Source: Candidatus Latescibacterota bacterium (GTDB lineage: Bacteria > Latescibacterota > UBA2968). Taken from it: a DNA stretch of 64,000 nt. The first letter of the stretch is position 1. The number at the start of each line of letters is the position of its first letter. The stretch spans positions 5,280,001 to 5,344,000 of the forward strand of contig OZ244960.1 in the NCBI GenBank assembly GCA_965222605.1, in the 5' to 3' direction. The translations under genes were made by a program, and so were the position numbers. Shown one piece after another: positions 1 to 9,230 of this stretch. The notes below the pieces were generated by a model. The model ran no database searches. It saw only the letters and a list, made by a program, of their open reading frames with translations, and was not told the origin of the DNA.

Positions 1-495
1 CGCATCAATGATCAGGTAAGGGTATGCCTGTTCAAGCGGTCGCGCTCGCCAAGCCTGGATGTCTGCATCAAGTTCTTGACACAGGTCAGACACCTGAGAC
101 TTTGAAAAGGAGGTACCACACAACTGTTCTGTAATCTTAGTCACTTTGCGTGTGGAGACCCCTTGCAGATACGCCTCTTGAAGGGCAAGAATCAGGGCTT
201 TTTCACTGCGTTGAAAGCGCGCAAATAATCCACTGTGGAACCGTCCTTCTCGATCTTGAGGGACGCTCAGTTCGATACGGCCAACGCGCGTTTTGACAAT
301 ACGGGGTTTATATCCATTACGGTAGCCCGTACGATCTGTCGTGCGTTGGTAGGGTTCTGCCTGTAAAAACGTGCTGATCTCCGCTTCGAGAAACTGCTGG
401 AGGAAGCGTGTCACGGCCTGATTGAGAAAATCAGGATCATTCAAAAGTGCAAATTGCTCTGGCGAAGAAATTTTAATATCTTTGGGGTAAGTCAT
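1..495 (-). CDS. IS256-family transposase, N-terminal part (runs off the window edge; absent from the ORF track)
   Basis: Manual translation from ATG 495: MTYPKDIK...FLEAEISTFLQAEPYQRTTDRTGYRNGYKPR...RVGRIELSVPQDREGRF...FQRSEKALILALQEAYLQGVSTRKV...YPYLIIDA, typical IS256/Mutator motifs; GGAGG RBS at 505-501. Confidence 0.93.
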   Translation of the reverse strand, partial: MTYPKDIKISSPEQFALLNDPDFLNQAVTRFLQQFLEAEISTFLQAEPYQRTTDRTGYRNGYKPRIVKTRVGRIELSVPQDREGRFHSGLFARFQRSEKALILALQEAYLQGVSTRKVTKITEQLCGTSFSKSQVSDLCQELDADIQAWRARPLEQAYPYLIIDA

Positions 496-601
496 CGTAG
501 CCTCCAAGTTAGGGTTTATACTACTTTGTCACCCCTATTTTAAGATTTTTCTCGGAGCTACGGTGACTTTTTCAATTTTACAGAAATATATGGACTCTAT
601 C
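1..601 (-). mobile_element. IS256-family insertion sequence, left end; terminal IR at 576-601
   Basis: Reverse complement of 576-601 is GATAGAGTCCATATATTTCTGTAAAA, closely resembling IS256-type terminal IRs, upstream of the transposase. Confidence 0.85.
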
Positions 602-842
602 AGCAGAAGAGACAGTCAACGCAGAAGTTGCTCGTTTGATATATGAAGCCAGAAAGATGGCGAGCTTGACGCAGACTGAATTGGCAAAATTGATCGGATC
701 AAAACAGCCCGTAATTGCACGGCTCGAAGATGCGGATTATGAAGGACATTCACTCACGATGCTTCAAAGAATCGCGATCGCATTGAATCAAAGGGTCGAG
801 AGTAATTTCGTACCAGTGGAAGGACAACAAGAGGTCGTGTAA
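602..842 (+). pseudogene. XRE-family HTH (HigA-like antitoxin), 5' end separated by the IS256 insertion
   Basis: Frame open from the IS end: AEETVNAEVARLIYEARKMASLTQTELAKLIGSKQPVIARLEDADYEGHSLTMLQRIAIAL; no RBS/ATG after the IS. Confidence 0.75.
693..781 (+). repeat. 89-bp exact direct repeat, copy 1 (copy 2 at 9583-9671)
   Basis: atcggatcaaaacagccc...aatcgcgatcgc identical at both positions. Confidence 0.97.
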
Positions 843-1199
843 AAGTAGCAGGCTGAAAAGCGGCATCTGTCCATAGAAACGGGATAACTCCAATCATCCC
901 AAAATATCGAGGATCAGCGAAGATTGCTGAATTCAGAATATGTGCAAGTAGTAAGGTCCATTCCCTTCGTCCCCTTCCTGGCTGCCGGTCTACTATTGTC
1001 CGCGGCGTTTGCAGGGCCAGTGCCATTAATTACACTAATTAGAATAGTGACTGGGCAACTTTCGTCGGCTATCTAATCCAAATTAAATGATCATTTTCTT
1101 TCAATGGTCCAATTGGTTTGTATTCGCAGTCTCTTCTTCTTATCTTTCATATAGGATCTAAGGTACACACCAAATCGAGTCAAACTTTAAGAGGCTATA

Positions 1200-3605
1200 A
1201 TGCTGCGTAATTATCTGACTGTAGCGGTTCGGAATCTGTTGAAGAATAAAATCTTGTCAATGATCAACGTTTTTGGACTAGGAGCAAGTCTGTCGATCTG
1301 CCTGCTGATCATCTTGTTTGTGTCATACCAAAAAACGTCTGATGCATGGCACAAGAAGGCAGATCGTATCTATCTCACCATCAGCGACTACCGTTCGCCC
1401 GCCGACCCTGGTAGTGTTCGCTCCTACGCAACGACACCTGTGAGTCTTGCTTCGCTTCTTCAAGATGCCTGCCCACATGTAGAAGTGACGACACGGGTAC
1501 GCAGATTCCGTGGTTCCATGGGCTTTCTCGGCAGTCAAAGTCAAATTAAAGTGTCTGGCCTTTATGCCGAGCCGTCGTTTTTCGAGGTATTCGATTTCGC
1601 TCTTGTGGAGGGGAATCCCGCTACCGCGCTTTCCGAACCCAATTCCATCGTGTTTTCGCAGAACCAGTCGGTTGCATTCTTTGGAGATTCCAGCCCACTG
1701 AATCAGACTGTGATGATCGGACAGACGCCATACAAGGTAACGGGCGTCCTGGCGGATCAGCCAGGGGCTAGCTATGTACGGTTTCAGATCTTGGTGTCGT
1801 TTGAGACCTTGAAATTTGCGCCACCCGACGGAAGCACTCCTCGGTGGAGCGATGGCATGAATGACACATACACATTCTTGGTCTTACGAGAAGGTACCCA
1901 CCCAACGGTCCTGGAAAGATACTTTACACAGATCATTCAAGACCACTACTATCCTAGTACAGATGAACAGATGGAGAGGGCAAGTGTCCAATTACTGACC
2001 GACGTCAACCTGAGCGTCATGAGAGTTAACCAACTTAGTTGGATGGTTCCTGGCATGGTTGTTTATTTTGTTAGTGTTCTGGCCGCTATAATACTGATAG
2101 GGGCGTGCTACAATTATACCAACTTAATTGTGGCCAGAGCAATGGCCAGAGCCCACGAGGTGGCAATTCGGAAAGTCGTAGGTGCACATCGCAGACAGAT
2201 CATTGGCCAAATCTTGATGGAGTCGATTCTAACAGTATTGCTGGCGACGTTTTTTGCCATGTGGCTGTTGGTATGGTTAATTCCTGGTTTCAACGAGATG
2301 TCCTTTACTTCATTTTTTCCCTTGGCCCGCATCAAGCTCGACGTTCTCAAAGATCTGACGGTCTATCTCACTGTCCTTGGCTTCAGCGTAGGCGTAGGCA
2401 TTCTTGCGGGCACCTACCCCGCACTTCATCTTTCCCGATTCGTCCCAGTCTTGATCTTGAAGGGAGGAAGTTTTACAAAGGATCGAGCCAAGTCATTCAA
2501 TCGGATGTTTGTGGTGGGGCAGTTTGGCATGTCGTTATTCTTCGTCCTCTCGACCCTGTTCGTGTACCAGCAGTTCCGATATTTGGTATCGTCCGACTAT
2601 GGATTTGATCATGAAAATATAGTGAACGTACGGCTTCAGGGAGTGCGCTACGACGTGTTCCGGCAGGCGATGGAGCAATCGCCCTCAGTGGAGCTCATTT
2701 CTGGTTCCTCACAGCTTCTGATGCGGGGTACGCGATCACCACGTTCGGTGACGATTGGGAGAGGTGATCCTAAGACAGTTTTCGAATTAAGAGTGGACTA
2801 CAATTTTGTTTCGAACCTGAAACTCAAGCTACTTGCAGGCCGTTACTTCAATCGCCCGTCGGATATTCACAGGAGTGTGCTGCTCAATAGAACCGCTACT
2901 CGGCTGCTAGGTCTGGGAAACGAAGAGCAAGCGATAGGTCAAATCTTGAACGTGTCAGGGAAGAACACGAAACCTACCATTGTGGGGATTCTGGAAGACT
3001 TTCAGACATATGACATAGGCACGGATATTGATCCTGTCATACTGTTCTGTGAGCCAGCGCGTTTACAGTGGGCAAACGTGCGCGTGTTACCCGGCCATAT
3101 GCCTGAGGCGGTTGCGCACCTCGAACAGGTCTGGGCTGAGTTAGGAAGTCCTTGGAAAGTGGAGTACGATCTGTTTACGACGCAAATCCAAAAAGGAATG
3201 CTCGCTGGAGTCTATTCCGATGTTTTGCATATCATTGCTCTGATTAGCGCTTTCGGGGTGCTTTTGGCCTTACTTGGCGTGTTGGGAATAGCTATGCATG
3301 TCACGGAAATGCAGGTCAAGGCAGTTGCAATACGTAAGGTTCTGGGAGCGAGTTCTTGGCAGATCGCTGTGCTCTTGTCAAAGGATTTTCTCTTGATGCT
3401 TGTTGTGGCGGTTCTACTTGCAGCTCCTGTTGCGTGGTTTGCAAACCACCTCTGGTTAAACCAGTTCCCCCTCCGAACCACAATGAGTCCGTGGCTGTTC
3501 GGTGGTGTTGTTGCCGTGATGGTAGCAGTTGTTCTCACAGTAGTTGGGTCGCAGACGCTTCGTGCAGCGAATTCCGACCCAGTAAAGGCACTCAAACTTT
3601 TATAG
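1200..3605 (+). CDS. ABC transporter permease, MacB/FtsX family (duplicated ~800-aa type)
   Basis: MLRNYLTVAVRNLLKNK..SMINVFGL N-terminus; two EVAIRKVVGA / VAIRKVLGAS motifs; GFDHENIV; C-terminal RAANSDPVKAL. Confidence 0.92.
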   Translation: MLRNYLTVAVRNLLKNKILSMINVFGLGASLSICLLIILFVSYQKTSDAWHKKADRIYLTISDYRSPADPGSVRSYATTPVSLASLLQDACPHVEVTTRVRRFRGSMGFLGSQSQIKVSGLYAEPSFFEVFDFALVEGNPATALSEPNSIVFSQNQSVAFFGDSSPLNQTVMIGQTPYKVTGVLADQPGASYVRFQILVSFETLKFAPPDGSTPRWSDGMNDTYTFLVLREGTHPTVLERYFTQIIQDHYYPSTDEQMERASVQLLTDVNLSVMRVNQLSWMVPGMVVYFVSVLAAIILIGACYNYTNLIVARAMARAHEVAIRKVVGAHRRQIIGQILMESILTVLLATFFAMWLLVWLIPGFNEMSFTSFFPLARIKLDVLKDLTVYLTVLGFSVGVGILAGTYPALHLSRFVPVLILKGGSFTKDRAKSFNRMFVVGQFGMSLFFVLSTLFVYQQFRYLVSSDYGFDHENIVNVRLQGVRYDVFRQAMEQSPSVELISGSSQLLMRGTRSPRSVTIGRGDPKTVFELRVDYNFVSNLKLKLLAGRYFNRPSDIHRSVLLNRTATRLLGLGNEEQAIGQILNVSGKNTKPTIVGILEDFQTYDIGTDIDPVILFCEPARLQWANVRVLPGHMPEAVAHLEQVWAELGSPWKVEYDLFTTQIQKGMLAGVYSDVLHIIALISAFGVLLALLGVLGIAMHVTEMQVKAVAIRKVLGASSWQIAVLLSKDFLLMLVVAVLLAAPVAWFANHLWLNQFPLRTTMSPWLFGGVVAVMVAVVLTVVGSQTLRAANSDPVKALKLL

Positions 3606-3698
3606 AGCTGACGAATAGACATTGTTGGACAGTAATGTTCCATACTTCATGTCCTGAGTTGTCGTGTGTCAGATCCCATATCAAATCACTTTCAGAGA

Positions 3699-3758
3699 TG
3701 GAGTTCCCCCGTTTTGGTGGAGTATTTAGGGTTTGTGTTTCAAGCCTGTGATTGATGC
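3699..3758 (-). mobile_element. IS3-family terminal remnant (outward-facing end); inverted counterpart at 7291-7350
   Basis: Begins TGGAGTTCCCCCGTTTTGGTGGAG (IS3-like IR); 51/60 identity to the reverse complement of 7291-7350. Confidence 0.7.
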
Positions 3759-3916
3759 TGGACTTGTCCCGTTTTAGATGCTGTTGCCGAATTCTGGATT
3801 ATGTCTCGATGCAACTAAAGATAGACTTATAGAGCCTATACCTAGGTCACATACAGCCGTTTCCAACCGCAGACACCCTCTTGACCAATTCGGCAACAGC
3901 ATAGTTTTAGAGGATA
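3759..3916. mobile_element. Second IS3-like terminal IR, split by a MITE
   Basis: Removing the MITE and one copy of the duplication restores TGGACTTGTCCCGTTTTAGAGGATA, resembling IS3-group IRs. Confidence 0.45.
3778..3902. mobile_element. 125-bp MITE with 16-bp perfect terminal inverted repeats
   Basis: ATGCTGTTGCCGAATT (3778-3793) and AATTCGGCAACAGCAT (3887-3902); flanking duplication gttttag at 3771-3777 and 3904-3910. Confidence 0.8.
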
Positions 3917-4090
3917 TACTTGAAGGTCTATCCCAATCATCATGTACCATCAGTTTTTATAAATTTTGCCCATACTCTATGTGTCTTTCTTAATACCATA
4001 AATTACTGAGACATCCTTGATTTTGACGGTCTCATTCGCTTTTGGAGTCACACATCGCTTAATACAGCATACGACGAAGGAAAAATAAAA

Positions 4091-7000
4091 ATGTCAACAC
4101 TCAACCTTAAACCCACCCATAAGCCAGTCAAAGCGTATTATGAATCGCTCGATCAATTTGATCGACTCGGAATCACGCATGAAACTGCCGTGCGTTCGGC
4201 GTTTCAATCATTGCTCGAATCCTGTGGGAAGCAGTTTGGGTGGACGCTCGTTCCCGAACATCCGATGGCTCTCAATCGAAACAAGCGGATTGTCGTTGAT
4301 GGGGCGTTGATTGACGACTTTCGATTGCCCCATGGCTATTGGGAGGCGAAGGATATACACGATGACCTGCCAACCGAAGTTCAGCGCAAATTTGAGACGG
4401 GTTATCCTACAGATAATATTTTGTTCCAAACGCCACAACGGGCGATCCTCTATCAGGATGATCGTCGAGTACTCGACGCCGATCTGACTGATCCAAAGCA
4501 ACTCATTGAGACGCTCCAAACTTTCTTTGCTCATCGTCCGCAAGAGATCGCCGAATGGGAGGGGGCAGTCGCGCAGTTCAAAGACATAGTGCCCGATATT
4601 GGGAACGGGTTGGCTGAGTTGATACAAAAGGAACGACAGACCAACAGCCGGTTTACTTCCGCCTTTGCAGATTTTCTGGACAAATGTCGCTTGTCAATCA
4701 ATCCAAATCTCTCTGAAGTTGCGGTTGAGGAGATGCTTATTCAACATCTTTTGACCGAGCGGATTTTCCGAACCGTCTTTAACAATCCCGATTTTACCAA
4801 CCGAAATGTCATCGCCCGCGAGATTGAGACCGTGATTGATGCCCTCACATCTCAGTCCTTTAGTCGAGGTGATTTTCTCCAAAGCCTTGATCGTTTTTAT
4901 GTGGTGATTGAACGCACCGCAGCGACGATTAACGACTTCTCCCAAAAGCAACATTTTCTCAATACCGTCTATGAGCAGTTTTTTCAAGGCTTTTCAGTCA
5001 AGATTGCCGATACGCACGGTATTGTCTATACACCGCAACCCATTGTCGATTTCATGGTGAAAAGCGTTGAGCACATTTTGCGGACCGAATTTGGCCGTTC
5101 TCTTTCTGATGGCGGCGTTCATATCATTGACCCATTTATTGGCACTGGCAATTTTATCGTGCGAATTATGCGGGAAATTCGTAAAACCACGCTTGAATAC
5201 AAGTATACATCCAACCTTCACTGCAACGAGGTGATGCTCCTGCCGTACTACATCGCATCAATGAATATCGAGCACGAGTTTTACGAAGCGACAGGGCATT
5301 ATTTGCCGTTTGAGGGGATATGTCTGGTCGATACTTTTGAGTTGGCAGAGCCGCAGCAGATGGTGTTGTTCACGGAGAAGAATGCGGAAAGAGTGGAACG
5401 ACAGAAAGAAACACCGATGTTTGTGGTTATCGGCAATCCGCCTTATAACGCTGGTCAGGTCAACGAGAACGACAACAACAAAAATCGGAAGTATGCGATG
5501 ATGGATTCGCGAGTGCGGGATACGTATGCAAAAGACTCTAAAGCAACGCTAAAAAATAAACTTCCCGATCCTTATGTGAAGGCGATTCGATGGGCATCAG
5601 ACCGGATTGGGGATGGAGGGGTTGTTGCCTTTGTGACGAACAACAGCTTTCTCGATGCTGTTGCCTTTGATGGGATGCGGAAACATCTCGCAGACGATTT
5701 TGATGCGATTTATATCCTGGATCTGAGTGGAAATGTCCGTAAGAACCCAAAGCTTTCAGGGACAACACACAATGTCTTTGGGATACAAGTCGGGGTAAGC
5801 ATCAATTTTTTCGTCAAAAAGAGTCAATCAACCAATCATGTGAAAATCTTCTACGCTCGTGTTGATGAGTTCTGGCGCAAAGAGGATAAATATCTCTATC
5901 TCGATACAAAAGAACATTACCGAAATATTGAATGGAATCTGATAACGCCTGACCAGCGATACACATGGTTCACCGAAGGGCTCCACGCCGAATTTGAGAC
6001 CTTTATTACGATGGGTACTAGGGAAGCAAAATCGGCAAAGGGAGAGGTGGAAGATGTGATTTTCAAGAATTACAGTCTCGGTGTCAGTACGAATCGCGAT
6101 GCGTGGGTACGCAATTTTAACCGAAACGCGCTCACTGAAAACATAAGCAGTATGATTGATACTTACAATGAGCAGGTGTTCAAGTGGGAACGAGAGGCAA
6201 CTCGGAATGCAAACGTTGATGATTTTGTGATTTCTGATGAAAAGAAAATCAAGTGGAGTCGTAACTTAAAACGGGAATTAAAGCGAAGAAAAATCGCTGA
6301 ATACACTGAACTCAAGGTGAGAAGTTCACTCTATCGTCCTTTCACAAAATCCTTCTTGTTTTTTGATCTAATTATGAATGATGAGGTTTCCTCCTTTCCC
6401 TCTATCTTGCCCACACTGGAGACAGAGACGGAAAATCGGGTGATTTGTGTCAGCGGACTCGGAAGTAGCAAACCTTTTCAGACCTTGATAACGGAAAGGA
6501 TTCCGTGCCTTGACTGCCTTGAGAAAACTCAATGCTTCCCCTTCTACACCTACGATGATGATGGCGACAACCACCGCGAGAACATTACCGATTGGGCTTT
6601 GGAACAATTCCGTGAGCATTACCAGGATGATTCAATCACCAAATGGGACATCTTTCATTATGTTTACGGTCTGCTCCATCACCCGGAATACCGGGAGCGG
6701 TATCAGGCTAACCTCAAGCGGGAATTGCCGCGCCTTCCGTTCACACCAGAATTTTGGAGGTTTGCCAAAGCGGGGCAACGGCTATCGGAAATCCATGTCG
6801 GCTATGAGGACATGCCCGAATATCGGCTTGAGTTCATCGAAAATCCGGATATGCCGCTCGACTGGCGTGTAGAAAAGATGAGGTTTTCCAAAGACAAAAC
6901 GCAGATTGTGTACAACAATTTCTTGACTCTCGACGGGATTCCTCCAGAAGCATTGGAATATCGGCTTGGGAATCGCTCGGCATTGGAATGGATCATTGAT

Positions 7001-7192
7001 CAATACCGTGTCAAGGAAGACAAACGAAGTGGCATTATCAGTGATCCGAACAGTGAAGATGATCCGCAATACATCGTCAATCTGATTGGGAAGGTGATTA
7101 CGGTAAGTTTAGAGACTATGGAGATTGTTGAGGGCTTGCCGAAGTTGGGAATTCCTGAAAAAGAATCCGTTGAGCATGAATCTTATAAGTAA
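4091..7192 (+). CDS. Single-polypeptide restriction-modification enzyme (N6-adenine MTase plus type ISP/LlaBIII-like C-terminal specificity domain, no helicase)
   Basis: N-terminal D...YWEAKD nuclease-like motif; GIVYTPQPIVDF, DPFIGTGNF (motif I), GNPPY (motif IV); C-terminal YRPF...LPRLP...YRLGNRSALEW. Confidence 0.88.
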   Translation: MSTLNLKPTHKPVKAYYESLDQFDRLGITHETAVRSAFQSLLESCGKQFGWTLVPEHPMALNRNKRIVVDGALIDDFRLPHGYWEAKDIHDDLPTEVQRKFETGYPTDNILFQTPQRAILYQDDRRVLDADLTDPKQLIETLQTFFAHRPQEIAEWEGAVAQFKDIVPDIGNGLAELIQKERQTNSRFTSAFADFLDKCRLSINPNLSEVAVEEMLIQHLLTERIFRTVFNNPDFTNRNVIAREIETVIDALTSQSFSRGDFLQSLDRFYVVIERTAATINDFSQKQHFLNTVYEQFFQGFSVKIADTHGIVYTPQPIVDFMVKSVEHILRTEFGRSLSDGGVHIIDPFIGTGNFIVRIMREIRKTTLEYKYTSNLHCNEVMLLPYYIASMNIEHEFYEATGHYLPFEGICLVDTFELAEPQQMVLFTEKNAERVERQKETPMFVVIGNPPYNAGQVNENDNNKNRKYAMMDSRVRDTYAKDSKATLKNKLPDPYVKAIRWASDRIGDGGVVAFVTNNSFLDAVAFDGMRKHLADDFDAIYILDLSGNVRKNPKLSGTTHNVFGIQVGVSINFFVKKSQSTNHVKIFYARVDEFWRKEDKYLYLDTKEHYRNIEWNLITPDQRYTWFTEGLHAEFETFITMGTREAKSAKGEVEDVIFKNYSLGVSTNRDAWVRNFNRNALTENISSMIDTYNEQVFKWEREATRNANVDDFVISDEKKIKWSRNLKRELKRRKIAEYTELKVRSSLYRPFTKSFLFFDLIMNDEVSSFPSILPTLETETENRVICVSGLGSSKPFQTLITERIPCLDCLEKTQCFPFYTYDDDGDNHRENITDWALEQFREHYQDDSITKWDIFHYVYGLLHHPEYRERYQANLKRELPRLPFTPEFWRFAKAGQRLSEIHVGYEDMPEYRLEFIENPDMPLDWRVEKMRFSKDKTQIVYNNFLTLDGIPPEALEYRLGNRSALEWIIDQYRVKEDKRSGIISDPNSEDDPQYIVNLIGKVITVSLETMEIVEGLPKLGIPEKESVEHESYK

Positions 7193-7210
7193 TGCTTTAC
7201 CTGTATGAAG

Positions 7211-7350
7211 TTTCATCTTAACTCGTTTATCGCATACCCTGCGCCGATAGCTTATGAAGCATGTGCCGTAATGAATCTATACGGCAAACTGCATCTATCA
7301 CAGGCTTGATACACAAGCCCTAAACTCTACACCGAAGCGGGGCAACTCCA
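7211..7350 (+). mobile_element. IS3-family right-end remnant (decayed orfB tail plus IR)
   Basis: 7211-7270 translates FHLNSFIAYPAPIAYEACAV, resembling the IS3 OrfB tail (RLHSxLGYxxPxxYE); 7291-7350 is the inverted copy of 3699-3758, ending ...GGGGCAACTCCA. Confidence 0.65.
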
Positions 7351-7499
7351 GCTGGCTCTACACCGGTATTACAGTGTTGCCAAAGCGGCCATCCGCAAGT
7401 ACGACAAAAACACTTGACAACTACTGCCGAAAACTCCTTCTTACCAGCCATGCGTAAGAAATGGCCCTTGTAGTTCCTACACGTAGAGGAGATTAGAAG

Positions 7500-8525
7500 A
7501 TGGACAATGCAATGCGTGACGCGTTCGCTCGACAAGGCTATATCGTCGTGCCCAACGTGCTCAATCAACAGCAGCTGGACGAGCTCAATCAAGCCTACGA
7601 TCAGCATATCTTTGAGCGGGAGGAGACGCTGTCCACGGCCCGCACCGACAAACAGAACCGCTTCTATATCGGCGGGCGCGACAAGCACATGACAACTGAC
7701 CGGCACGGCAACACCTACATAGGGAGAAGGTTCTGGAGCAAGGCCTACAGGGACCTTATCGACAACGAGACCATGCTGCCCATCCTTGAAGAGGTTCTCG
7801 GCGCCCCGTCGTGGGGCCATGCCCCAGCACACATGCCGGCAGAGCTTCGCCCCTTGTTCCGGCTAGATCATGACAATGTGCACTACAAGCCTGGCCGGAA
7901 ACCGACAGACGGCGCGGACAAAGGCGGGGCGCTCCACGGCGGCCCGGGCAGCTTTCATATCACGTGTGTATATGAACTCAAGACAGTCGGACCAGATGAC
8001 GGGGGCTTCGGGTGTGTTGCTGGCACACACAAGCCAGCCAATGAGCAGAAACTGATGGGCATCGCCGGCGACTGGCGGCGGAACTGGTGCGACACGGAAT
8101 GGACGTCGAAGCTGCCGAACTGGGATGACGATGTGCCGGTGCACCGCATCGAGGCCAAGGCTGGGGACTGCATTTTGTTCAGTGAGAAGCTCAAACATGG
8201 TACGATTCCGTGGGCGGGGAGCGGCGAGCGCCGCACCCTCTTCTACAAGTATGTTCCTTTCGGCATGCACCACGGCGACGCCGCGTACGACACCAACGAC
8301 CCCGAACTCACTGAGCGGCAGAAACGGATTCTGGGGTTCTCGCCGTGCTGGTTTAACGAGCCCCGGGAGGACAAAGACTACTCCGCGAACCCGGCGCTCA
8401 CAAAGCTCCATCCGCTGGCGTGTATGGAGAGCGACCCGAGTGTGTTGCTGCCGGGCATGTCGCCGCCGCACATCCGGCTGACGGACGAGACCAAGGCGAT
8501 GCTGCTGAGTGCCGGTGGAGATTGA
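7500..8525 (+). CDS. PhyH-family Fe(II)/2-oxoglutarate oxygenase, HGG variant
   Basis: FARQGYIVVPNVL, ALHGG, GGFGCVAGTHK, AGDCILF..KLKHGT, ERRTLF; GAGGAG RBS. Confidence 0.85.
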   Translation: MDNAMRDAFARQGYIVVPNVLNQQQLDELNQAYDQHIFEREETLSTARTDKQNRFYIGGRDKHMTTDRHGNTYIGRRFWSKAYRDLIDNETMLPILEEVLGAPSWGHAPAHMPAELRPLFRLDHDNVHYKPGRKPTDGADKGGALHGGPGSFHITCVYELKTVGPDDGGFGCVAGTHKPANEQKLMGIAGDWRRNWCDTEWTSKLPNWDDDVPVHRIEAKAGDCILFSEKLKHGTIPWAGSGERRTLFYKYVPFGMHHGDAAYDTNDPELTERQKRILGFSPCWFNEPREDKDYSANPALTKLHPLACMESDPSVLLPGMSPPHIRLTDETKAMLLSAGGD

Positions 8526-8597
8526 AGTTCGATGAGAAGTAACAACTGGCCGACCAAACGTTACTAGCACTTTTTGGCCAAATGATAGCGAAAATAG

Positions 8598-8632
8598 AAA
8601 AATGCCGTGAGATTTTTTCTCACGGCGTTTTC
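8598..8632. terminator. Intrinsic terminator-like hairpin
   Basis: aaaaatgccgtgaga-ttttt-tctcacggcgtttt. Confidence 0.7.
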
Positions 8633-8960
8633 TTATTTATGCTTGTTTTTATGTGCTTTAGAGGTGTTTTTCTAAGGAATCTGAAAGGGGGTAAGTAACG
8701 CACGCTGACAATCCCTTGGCATTCTATATTAAGTCAGGATTCATACATTTCAATCCCATAATCTCGCAAGATATTCACATACTTAGCGATTCCTCTCCAG
8801 GTTATCATTTCTCATTGACATTTTTCAGAAAATCAGGCATGTACGTGCAATAGGCCATACAATCACAAAAAATGATGGGAGATATTATGCCGCGAAAAAT
8901 TTTATCCCCAAAGCAACAGAAGAGGTTGCAGAGACCAGAGGCTAAAAGAGGAGACGCGCT

Positions 8961-9230
8961 ATGATAAATAAGAATCCAATCTGGCAGGATCGCATTGTCA
9001 CTGACCCATTGATACTGGCCGGGAAACCAACAATAAAAGGCACTCGGATTTCAGTGGAACTGATCATGGAATTGCTGGATGGAGGGCGCAGTGAAGCCGA
9101 TATCATTCGTATGTACTCGCACATCACCCCGGAGGATATCCGAGCCTGTCGGAAGTACGCCGCCACTGGTGCAAAGCTGTCCAATGTGACCTGGGAGGAT
9201 ATTGATGCGATTATGGATGGCAAACGGTAG
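8961..9230 (+). CDS. DUF433-family antitoxin (VapB45-like)
   Basis: RIVTDPLILAGKPTIKGTRISVELIMELL...ITPEDIRAC. Confidence 0.92.
   Translation: MINKNPIWQDRIVTDPLILAGKPTIKGTRISVELIMELLDGGRSEADIIRMYSHITPEDIRACRKYAATGAKLSNVTWEDIDAIMDGKR

Noticed and set aside
754-1026. Minus-strand 90-aa ORF
   Set aside because: Overlaps the HTH gene, lacks an RBS and any recognisable motif; could be a gene scrap but unsupported
8526-8960. Possible att site or ncRNA (GTAAC...GTTAC pair at 8539-8564, 25-codon ORF at 8887)
   Set aside because: No second copy, attC consensus or recognisable RNA family; only the terminator is supportable
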